From contig JASANG010002792.1 of NCBI GenBank assembly GCA_030248215.1, forward strand, positions 496,001-560,000: DNA of 64,000 bases, given 5' to 3'. Positions 1 to 10,188 of this stretch are shown here, in pieces. The notes under the pieces were generated by a model. That model was not told where the DNA came from. It searched no databases and was given only the letters and a program-made list of their open reading frames with translations. Every line of letters starts with the position of its first letter. The stretch's first letter is position 1. The stretch is from Enoplolaimus lenunculus (Eukaryota). The translations under genes and the position numbers were made by a program.

Positions 1-3000
1 CGTAGACCGAAAAGGATAAATATTTTTTTAATTTCGCATTAATATGATGGCGACTGTTTGTTGTCAATCATATTGTAATATACTTTGAGACGTTTTCTGT
101 TATTAGAAACAACACAAGCTTTTAATAAATCATCAACTTCCGCTGTGTTGCATGTTGTATTTTAAGTATGCCTCGCAAAACGGGAATTGTGCAATGAGTA
201 CACTGCGCGATACGACATGATATTGTGTGGTGACGCGCTCAAAACGAAAATTCGTTCATCATCGTGAATAGAAGTGGACCAGTCAACGTGGTAGCAAATT
301 TGCAACCCTAAAATATTCTTCACAAAACCTTTTAAGAATGTGTTCTAAGTTGCATATAGGTATATGCTCTCTCTGGTTTATAATATGAAACAGTCGTTAC
401 AACAGCTGGAACGCTGCCCAAAATACGTATGTTGGTTGAGTGTTTCAGCTTTACACAGATATAAATAAAATTTCGTTGTGATTTGTCTTCATGCTAAGAA
501 CCATGGACACATTTTGGCCCCCTAGAAAATTTCAAGTGACAGACGAGGTGTTACAGTAAAACAAGGTATTATTAAAACTGCAGTATATATTGCGAAAGCG
601 TTTTTCGCTTTTCATCACCACATAATGAAATCTTTTATGTATGACTGTCATTCACTTGCAAATTATCAATGAGTATAAAAGGTCATTATCAGCACATGTA
701 ATCGTTTTTGTGTCTCAATGTGACCTCAACAGTGCCAAAGCAGATAGAGTTTGGGGCTCTCCACGGACGCCCCAAGCATAGTGGTAGATGCAAGATTTCT
801 CAGTGATCGATCAGAGGTTCTCCGTCCGAGCTCACACTCGTGTTTGATAGCTGTGAGGACAACCTCCCAAAATGTTTCACACAGAAGTTGCAAAAAGGCG
901 AGTCTAGAAACTGGATAATGAATCACGCTTCTCGCACAGTGGGAAATTTTTAAACATTGTCTGCTAAAGTAGCTGAACAGCTCACATATTTAGTAAAACT
1001 TTACCAATCTTCATATGCTCTAACACACGGCACACCTCACTTAAAAATTTCTTTTTACCTTCTTTATTATTTCGTTTCATGAGAATCATTTTATATTTAA
1101 GTAAAATTGTAAACCAGCGAGCGTAGCGAGCGAAAAAATTTGTTAACATTTAGCCGCCAACTGGATATTGTAAGGGCTGTGCAGTGTCTAAGCCATTTAA
1201 AAAATCACAGAATGGTAGGATAGTGTCAAACTCGCGTGCGAAGCGACTGCGAAGCCAGACGTATTTCAAATCTTCGGCGTTTTTGGTTCATCGGTTAGGG
1301 CGGAGACCACCAAACGGGGAGTAGGGTGGCTGCTCCGGCCTAAACATTCGAAGCGCTGAAAAAGTGTGTTCTGCAGATGCAGATGATGCTGGATTGACAG
1401 ATAAAGTTCAGCCTTCAACTTCAATCTTTCTACGTCAATATATATCTGCTATACCTATTGTTTTTCAATAATCTGAAGCTCAGGCTGATTAATTTCGTAA
1501 CTGAGCCGGTATTTCTTTTGCGCTATTTGGACTTTTTCTGACATTTCTTGACCATTCTATAAATCCATATGCGAATTTGAGTTTTGAAAAATTTATTTTT
1601 TTGCGTCAAATCACAAGTTTGGACAAAAAATTGTCAGAAATTGCAACGATTACACGAATTTTTCGAAGCTGAACCTAACAGAACTAAGTTTATGGGTCTC
1701 CGACCATATGAGTATGTCATTTTCGCTTCAATTTTATACATCCCACCTGCATGACATGGATAAAAGTTCTAATATATTTGCACAGAATACTTACAGGCGA
1801 GGTCCCACCACTTTGTTTTGGAATTTTTGTTTACAGTAGGAAATCTTCAAAATCATCTGTTGCTTTCGCTTCGGTTTGTTGACTCAAGGTATGTCCGCAG
1901 TAATAACAAAGTATTTCATTTTCACAGCTTTTTAAAATGATTCCAAAAACAATTAATAGCGAAACAATTTTTCTGATGGAACTGTGGAAAAACTCGAGCA
2001 AAATTTTCTTTAGAAGGTGGCAAAGCATAATAAATGCTAAAACAGAGCCAAGTTTTCAAGCAAATGTGATAACCCAATTTCGGCGACATAGGTTTAAGTT
2101 TTTAAGCAAAACCAAAAACCTACTAAAGGTGAAACAAAGGAAATAAGAGTGCACTATATAAATGAACTTTCGAGCACTCTTTTGGTTTTGGATTTGAAGG
2201 CGCCGAAATGGTATTTACTTAGCTAGGACCTGATTTCAGTAGATGTTATGTTTTGTGTCGCTGGAAATGTGCGAGGTTTTAGGGTGTGCGACCACCAGGG
2301 TGAGACCTGATATTCAGTTCCCTTTAAATATCTGGCAAAAACTGATATCCAGTTTCGGTACAAACCCACCGTATACCGGATATTTATAGCTGTGGTGCCG
2401 AATATATTAAAAACTGCTTCTTGAATGTGGATATATTTGACATCTTGCTGCATATGCATCTCCGTGCAAGTTAAGAAACTCACGTATTTCACACTGGAAT
2501 AAAATGAAAAATTAAAGCTAGCAATTTATTTCAATTCCGTAAGATATACTTAGTTTTGCATCAATATCCGGTCGCACCCTAAATCGCACTTAATTTGGAG
2601 TTGATGGATCTAGTATGATAAAAATTATGGTTCTCTGCTCTGGACTTGGCAATTTGCTCCGAGCTTTGTAGCTGAAATATCTTAAAATGTGACTTTAGTA
2701 CGTGGTCTAAAATTAAACTGACAGGGTTAGTACGCTGTGGTTTAATAAGTAATAAGAGCGAATTATACAGTAGAGTACCAATTGTCGATGTTAATCTTAG
2801 TACTATGTTGATTCGTGAACAACGCACTTCAATGGGTTTGTAACATTTCTTATATTACGTCAAAATCCGGGTTATGTTCAAGTATTACGTTAAATCTAAT
2901 GCGGGTAGAAGCACTCCAAATTCGCTAAATCCACAATTGTTTTTGCCCCAACAACAATAACGTGACGTAGGTAAAACTCAGAAGAGCCGCCTATAACCGC

Positions 3001-3049
3001 GCTAAAAAATTCATAACACAAAAACACACAGTGCTGCAAAATTAGCAAT

Positions 3050-3730
3050 GTGGATTTACGTAGAAACCGGGACTTCAGACCTTTTTAACAAAGCGGCTGG
3101 AAAAGCAAATCTATGGAGCGAGCATCGAATTCTCAAGCCTACACATCCTTAAGGGAACGCTCTACCATTGCGCCACGTAGGCCGCCTGTGCAAATACTTT
3201 TATCGTCAACAACATATGTCGACCGTATTTTGCCGGCTAGAATAATTTAAGTGCACAGCACGATGTTGCAGGTTCACATTATGGACAATCATATCTCACA
3301 TGATTACCTGCCCCGAATATCAACAAGGTCGTCCGGTGAACCTCCATCCCATTTCGACCGGATATATTGTATCCAAAGCCTTGCAATTTACCGTTTCGTT
3401 CACGGCGTAGCCCCCATGTCAGTGTCAGTTTGGGTAGGACTAAACGGGATTCAGATTTTTTTACTAAATAGTTGGAAAAGCAGGCATGGCTTGACTTAGC
3501 GGTCTTAGGATTCCAACGCAAGCGCCCTACCACTGCTTACGCAGCCGGCACCTTCAGCTGTTTTTATGTCGACTCTACTTGGTGACACGTGTGCTACCGG
3601 CTAGCATACAACACTGTGCACTGTATTTATTGCAGATGCATCAGGACCATATCTCACTTGCGTATATATATTTGCCTAAATTTGCAATAAGGTAATCCTT
3701 TGACCGTCCACCCTTTGTGTTGTACGGTTG
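3050..3730 (-). repeat. Inverted copy of the same multimeric tRNA-derived repeat
   Basis: The reverse complement of 3060-3190 reads GGCCTACGTGGCGCAATGGTAGAGCG...GAATTCGATGC...AAAAAGGTCTGAAGTCCCGG. A second head lies at ~3410-3550, and the linker sequences are shared with 38740-38870. Confidence 0.7.
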
Positions 3731-3916
3731 CCGATAGCATATTCAACAATCAAAAGAGTTAGATTCTGGCCGCGTGGAGGAGTAATAGAAGGTACCCTTG
3801 CTGATCTGCAGCGTGTGCCTTAAAACTCACTGCGCTCCTGCTTCGCTACATACGTACATATAGGTATAATTTAAAGTTTTGAAGTTTTTGCACCAGCTGG
3901 TCAGACGGATAGTTTC

Positions 3917-4346
3917 AGTATTTTATTTGTAGTTAAATAATTGCGTACTTTAACAAACAAACAAACAAACAGAGAACTTACAAAAAGTTTACTTTCGAAC
4001 ATCATATATGGCATTAGAATCGAACAAAATGATACGTAACCTGCTCTTCCATGGTGGAGGATGAGTACTAGGTTACTAAATTCTGGGTTACAAGATCAGT
4101 ATTAATAGCTAGTTTTAAGTTTTAAGGCATTTAAGGGAGTGGAATACTTTGCGAAACCAGGCGGAGAATTAACTATATGTAATATGTACTTTGACGCTAA
4201 AAGTGATTTTGAATATTTAGAAAGATAAGATCAACTTTTAACCATCTCATTTTTAGTGAATCGTAACTGTATTATTGTAATAGTATAGTTTTGTGAAAAA
4301 TTATCTCGGTTGCCACCTGGCGTTCGTAAGTATGCATTCTGTTGAT
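3917..4346 (+). repeat. ~430-bp dispersed repeat; the second copy at ~6832-8175 is split by two MITE insertions
   Basis: Colinear similarity, e.g. TCATATATGGCATTAGAATCGA, GGAGGATGAGTACTAGGTTACTAAA and CACCTGGCGTTCGTAAGTAT occur in both copies. Confidence 0.85.
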
Positions 4347-4952
4347 TGGTATGAAATCAAATACTAAAGAAAAATTATTTGGTAAGAATAGTTTGGAGGT
4401 TCGACTTTCAAATGTATTTTAAACAATGTTCGACTTTCAAAATGGATTTTAAACAGTGAAAAATGTCATAGGCTTATCTTCTGCTAAAGAAACCATAAGC
4501 TTAATTTTTGCTTTTTTTCCGTAAAATAAGTCAAGTTTTTTGTTCCGTAGTAATGATGGAATGCAAATGAAATTCGGTTGGGCCTTCAGTTGTAATTAAA
4601 ATAGCAAGTGTTCAGTGTTAATGTAGAAAAAGGGTACAGTGAGATCACGATTCCTGCTAACTATATGTAAGAATTACACTAAATATATTCTAACAATCGT
4701 AGGGCAATGATTTTTGTTGATCAATAGAACACTCGTTAACCAGAATATTTTTTAATTTTCCGTTCATTTTTTATAAATTTTAAAGCCAAATTCAGAAAAC
4801 TGGCTACATATTAAAGGTTACAATTCAATTTTAATTCTACTGAATGATATTTTGGTCGCCGTTTACTCCCATTTATGGGAAAAAGTCGGTATTTATATAT
4901 GTGTTTGCTTCTTTTTTATGTACTTTAGGTATCTTTTTTGTATTAATTTTAG

Positions 4953-6221
4953 GTGCGTTTCTGGTTAGCGGCGTGTCATTAAGTTCAGCTGCATTTGGTT
5001 TCGGATATGCGCTGTCAGCTGTGAAAAAGAAGGAACCTCAGAACTTTGTACAGGTATATACTTGTAGGATTACGTTCAAGCGCTTACCAGTATATTTCAG
5101 TTGGTGTGGCGCCCGTTCAAACAATTATTTTCTTCGTTATGTTTCCGCTCAGATTCATTGTTTCTTGTTTTAGGGTCTCAACGGGGCAGCATCATTGGGC
5201 TTAAAAGCGTTTGCAATTGGTTCCGCTGCGGCATTTGGAGGAGTTGGGTTGCTTACAGTAATTACATTCTATGTGCTTGGCGTCTCAACCGTAGGTTGGA
5301 TGTTTCTTATATAGCCATAATTCTTACTTATGTATTTGGCTTTAATCCGTTTTATGTGGTCTTGTTGATGTTTAATCCACAAATTGAAAAATCATGTCAC
5401 TAATTATATCTGCGAAATATTTTACATATCTATATATTATAGGTACATCGCCCCACATACATATTTTGGGCACCGTTTCAGCACAAGCAAACATTGTTTT
5501 TAACAATATAGCGGATCGTTCTACAGAAGAATTAGTTTGTATAAATTTATTGATTGTTAAATTCTGTAAGCTTAAAGCGTATGTTAACGAATGTCTTTTT
5601 TGGTGATATATTGTAACTTTGTGAAAACTTATGAAAACCCCCAGCACATTATGGGTAAGTTGCATGGGTGTAACCACGGCTACTAGTTGAGGTTATAGGT
5701 GGAATAAATGTTGCGGGAACTTTGTTATATAATTTGAGGATTATGGGTTTTAAAAATGACTGGAACCGAGATTTTTAGTTTCATTTTCAGTCTCGCTTGA
5801 CATGGCCTTGCCCTCAGGTTTCGTTTTTAATCATAACTTTATGTAGATCAGCCGGCACGTGACATTTATGTAACATTAATGAATTTTACGGAAAACCATA
5901 AAATTGAAGTCGTTGGCTGTTTGCGACACAATACCAGGCGCCTCAGGATCTTTCAAAACTTCTGAGTTTTGTTTTAGTTCCAGTCAAACATAGGATGACT
6001 TTCTATATGTTTTATCAACTATTCCACTTTACATGCATTATTTTCAGCCGCGAGAATTCCGGTTTCGAATGGAAGGTATTCTTAAAAGACGTATTCCTGA
6101 CATACCAAGAAATAATCCGCCGGGAAAAAGTGATTTTGGTTCATTTCGCGAGCTCTTCGAATACTTGGACTCCAGCACTTCATCCGAAAAGACTACTTCA
6201 ACTACTACTGCCAAAAAATGA
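4953..6221 (+). CDS. TMEM242: TMEM242-like mitochondrial membrane protein, 5'-partial; exons 4953-5053, 5174-5290, 6048-6221
   Basis: GT-AG spliced exons join in frame: GAFLVSGVSLSSAAFGFGYALSAVKKKEPQNFVQ / GLNGAASLGLKAFAIGSAAAFGGVGLLTVITFYVLGVST / PREFRFRMEGILKRRIPDIPRNNPPGKSDFGSFRELFEYL...stop 6221. This follows the recalled TMEM242 pattern (TM1-AKKKxP..F, SLALRALGWGS-TM2-LGV, FRxxM..P.IP.N). A phase-compatible upstream exon may lie at 526-565 (low confidence). The start codon was not found. Confidence 0.75.
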
Positions 6222-7022
6222 AATTTCAGAGTTTTCATAATCAGTGAGTAAATTAAACAATACGGCACGTTCCAGTATCAACATATTGCCTTGGGATGTG
6301 AAGTTGAAACCATCAATATTAATAGTAGTTTGGCTAGAAATGATTGCTTTTCTTTTTTGTAGAATAGCATTCCCTTGGTGTAATACGTATATGCTACGGA
6401 ATTATCGACTTGGCGATCAATATTATCATCTTGTTTCTTGTCAACATGTACATGTTTGGGTGGCAATTCATGGCAGTGGCAAAAAACCGAGTGATTAGAC
6501 TGGAATAACAAAAGAAATGAGGCCGTCAAATGTTGGATGAGGTTAATTTTGTATATATTGTTCGTGTATGAGATATGTTCCATATTACAGAGAATTGTTT
6601 TTTATGTCATGTTCAGTTTTATTAAAAATGTTAATGTGTTACAGTGCGTTGCGGTAATCAGTTTGAAACGTCAGAAACAGCTTTAATTTGTGTAGGCTTG
6701 GATGGAGTCTCTATTAAAATACGGGTAATATTTTGTCTGCACGTCGATGCGTTATAGAATTCAAAGTATTTGAATAGTCTGCTGTCCTTATGTGACATCA
6801 GTGCTTGTACTGCAATATCATTATTCATAATAGTATTTTATTTGTAGTTAAATCATTGCGTACTTTAACAAATAAACAGGGAACATACAAAAATTTTACT
6901 TTCGAATATCATATATGGCATTAGAATCGACCAAAATGATAAGTAACCTGCCCTTCCATGTTGGAGGATGAGTACTAGGTTACTAAAACCTGGGTTAAAA
7001 GATTAGTATTAATAGTTAGTTT

Positions 7023-7169
7023 GGCCAATGTAAAGAACAGGGACGGAACAGTATTATAAGCATATGCCTAAGTTAAGCCTAAGCCAAGCAAAAAATAGTC
7101 TAAAGCTTAAGCCTACTGTTATCTAGTCCCACAGAAAAACGTTCCGCCCCTGATCTTTATACATGGGCC
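7023..7169. mobile_element. GGCC-ended TIR element containing GCCTAA telomere-type repeats; related ends at ~12990-13094, ~57590-57680 and ~63499-63630
   Basis: ~27-bp imperfect TIRs GGCCAATGTAAAGAACAGGGACGGAAC / GTTCCGCCCCTGATCTTTATACATGGGCC. The element is absent from the paralogous segment near 4110. Confidence 0.7.
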
Positions 7170-7201
7170 GCTAGTTAAAAGGTTTAAGGCATCTAAAGAA
7201 G

Positions 7202-7953
7202 AAGCGCCGGATTAAAGGGGAGCCCGGGCCCCGGGCCTCCCACCCGAAAACCGCACTCTAAATTCCAATGAGTTGATTAATCAATTCCTTTAGCGAGTTA
7301 GTTATTTCTGAATTAAAATCAGAGGCCATGTAAACCTCGCTGCCGTCCCAAAATCCCACCGTCCTATCGCAATAGTTTGAAATATGGTCGAAGGTGGGAT
7401 TTTGGAATTTAGGGATATGATCGAATTTGGGATTTTAGGATTTTGGGATTTCGGAATATGGTCGAAGGTGGCATTTTGGGATTGTGGGATATGATGAAAG
7501 GTGGGATTTTGGGATTTCGGGATATGGTGGAAAGCGGGATTTTGGATTTCTGGATATGGTCGAAGGTGGGATTTTGCGATTTCGGGATATGGTCGAAGGC
7601 GGGCGTTTGGGATTTAGTGTATTGAAAGAAAGTTTTGGAAAATAGGATGGTCGAAAGAGTAAGAAAAAGAAAGAAAACAGGACCCGCACCGTCCATTTTC
7701 AGACTTCAGAAGATTTCTAGACCAGTGAAATCGTAAGAAGTCCAAATTTAGAACAGTCCCTGGCCGTATATTTTGTTCGTACTTTTGGTATAATTTGTTT
7801 GAGTAAAATGTATCACTTTAAGCTCTGGTGTATATAATAATTATGGTTAGGGGCCTGCTAGTGATATGGGCCCCATAGGCCTGCTAGCCATACGGGCCCC
7901 AGACGTCCTGGTCATATGGGCCCCGGGCCTCCCACCACCGTAATCCGTCCCTG
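7202..7953. mobile_element. hAT-type element enclosing a ~30-bp minisatellite
   Basis: Ends are AAGCGCCGGATTA and TAATCCGTCCCTG. Flanks TAAAGAAG / TAAAAAAG. GGGCCCC subterminal motifs are present, and the element is absent from the paralogous segment near 4135. Confidence 0.6.
7380..7660 (+). repeat. G-rich minisatellite, unit ~ GGGATATGGTCGAAGGTGGGATTTTGGGATTTC
   Basis: About 8 degenerate tandem units. Inverted related units lie at ~11660-11725. This repeat explains the repetitive ORFs at 7409-7696. Confidence 0.85.
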
Positions 7954-8179
7954 TAAAAAAGTGGATTTCTTTGCGAAACCAGGCAGAGAATTAACAATAG
8001 GTAATATGTACTTTGACGTTAAAAGTGATGTTGAATTAAAAAGATAAGATCCATCTTTAATCATGTCATTTTTTAGTAAATTGTAACTGTAAGTATTTTA
8101 TTGGAATAATATTAGTTATGTGAAAAATTATCTCCGTTGACACCTGGCGTTCGTAAGTATACATTCTGTTGATTGAGGT

Positions 8180-8640
8180 TTATGATTAGGCAAGCCTGTC
8201 TTAGGGTTAGGATTTGGCAAAGTTCCGTCTGTAGGCTTAGGTTTAGAATTAGGCATTAACGCATAGAATCTGGCGTAAGCTTTGATATAGACTAGAGGTG
8301 CCTTAGCCTAATAGGTTTAGGTTTAGGCTTGATAGGCTTTAGCTTAGGGTTTGGCTTAGGTTTAGGTTTAAGCTTAAGCTCAGGTTTAGGCTTAGGATTT
8401 AGAAGCAGGCTTTGGTTTTAAATATAATAGACCGTAAATGACACAGGTAGGCTTAGTCACAGGCAAAGGCTTTACAAATAGGCTTTGGCTTAAAAACATC
8501 TTAAATGATCCTTGAGCTAAATCTTAGGCATAGGCTGAGGTATTACGAATAGGTTTTGATTTAAGCATGTTTTAGATCCTAAATAGCATAGGCTATTCTG
8601 AGGCTTTAGGAATAAGTTTTGAGTTAAACAAGAATTAGAT
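8180..8640 (+). repeat. Degenerate interstitial telomere-type repeat (TTAGGC/TTAGGT)n; also ~22320-22385, ~59500-59700 and ~63540-63630 (inverted)
   Basis: Dense GGCTTA/GGTTTA hexamers. At 59535-59612 a 26-bp higher-order unit GGCTTAGGTTCAGGCTTCAAAGCTTT occurs three times exactly. Confidence 0.75.
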
Positions 8641-8650
8641 CCTAAATGAC

Positions 8651-9050
8651 CAGGGTGTAAACGGATACTGAAAATAATGGAAACGGATAATATTAAATAT
8701 AACGGGAACGGAAATTAACCCTTTCTCACGTGAATATTTTCAATTTCATATGAGATGTAATTTCAAGGTAAGATTCGATCCCCAGTCTCACGGGTGGGAG
8801 GCGTTTACGATGACCACTGAGCTATAGGAGCTTGCTTTGTATAATTTAAAAAAAAATAATAGCGGATGCCCCAAAAATTTCAAGATTTTGAATAAATTTC
8901 GTAATTTTTATTTCATTTCGAACAATTGCAGCATATCTGTAATGAAAAATTGCGTGATAATATTTGAGAATAAAAATAACAGAATTTCCGGTATTTCTTA
9001 ACGCAAACGTACACCGATTTTACAGGAAACGGATATCCGGTTACATCCTA
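8651..9050. mobile_element. hAT-type MITE carrying an internal tRNA-derived segment
   Basis: TIRs CAGGGTGTAAACGGATA / TATCCGGTTACATCCTA. Perfect 8-bp TSD TAAATGAC at 8643-8650 and 9051-9058. Confidence 0.8.
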
Positions 9051-9509
9051 TAAATGACCCTTGAGCTGAAGGCTTAGGCATGTGAGAATCACGTTAAATG
9101 GGGCAACTCGGGTCACAGTTTGTCGCATTCTACATATATATTGGGCAACATTTTGTCTGCAATGTATGGAATTTTCCCGGCAAATTTTAAATTTTCCCGC
9201 CATGTCTCGTAAATGATCATATGATAGTAACGGCGCATGTCTGTTATAGTAGTGATGGGCATCGGAAATTTTTTCATATCCGGATTTCCGGCAATTCTTG
9301 CCGGTATATATCCGGATATCCGAAATGAAATTTTCTATTTCGGATATCCGAAACTCGATTTTGTGTTTATTGAGTTTCCGAACCTCAATTTTCGTTTCTT
9401 AAGCACTTGTTTTAACTTGTTGCTCTAAAAAGGAAGTACCCTGACCCTCAAGCAAATTGATATGAGCATAAAAGATACAGTTCTAAAAACGGTATTTATT
9501 AGGCCACTA

Positions 9510-10188
9510 CTGCAGTGACCTGAATAACAGGGGGTGTTCCTAATAAGAGTCCGTAAGCGCATAAAGTCGCTAAACTCTAATTAGAGTCCATAAATGTCAA
9601 TTATTCCTAATTGTAGCGCACAAATGACTCCACAACCAAATAAAGGTGAGTTCAAAACTTTGAAGCGTACTTAACCCTTCCTCACATGAATAATTTCTAT
9701 TTCCCCTGAGACCTACTTTTATGCTAGGATTCGAACACCAATGACTGGAGTGGGAGGCGAATACCATCACCACTCAGCTATAGGAGCTGGACGCTCGAGC
9801 CCGAGGGGGCTCTCACGTCTTGTGGTGATTTAGTACTATGTATACGTGTTGCAATTGTTAAACACGGTGCGATATATACTGTTTAACGTATATACACTGC
9901 GCTGACTTGCCTACAGGCAACTCAATATGAGAAGGGGTTATAGATAGTAAACTGAAAATTTTTCGCTTTTCAAAGACATTCCTAAGTATAACCTTGCATG
10001 ACTAAAGCTTTTGATACAAGGCAAATAAACATTCAATTCAAGGGTTAGTTACAATACCGGATATATGTGTACCGAAGTGTGGCGGAGGACGGGATAAAAA
10101 TAAATAACAGTCCGTAACCGAATAACAGGGGGTACCTTCTGGAGAGGTCAAATAAATATCAGCCCCCTTCTTATTCGGGTCACTACAG
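9510..10188. mobile_element. TA-flanked MITE family (TIR CTGYAGTGACCCGAATAAGAGGGG); other copies at ~22623-23070 (inverted), ~50383-50580 and ~59142-59335 (partial)
   Basis: The TIRs are flanked by TA on both sides, and the internal sequence is shared among the four copies (e.g. AGAGTCCATAAATGTCAATTATCCCTAATTGTAGCGCA). Confidence 0.8.

Noticed and set aside
726..926. 66-aa ORF and the other short ORFs in introns and intergenic DNA
   Set aside because: No recognisable motifs or supported splice structure, and many start at non-ATG codons.
7409..7696. Repetitive ORFs over tandem repeats (also 59713-60006), or a CRISPR-like array
   Set aside because: These are translations of minisatellites. 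The units are degenerate and lack unique spacers, and the context is eukaryotic.
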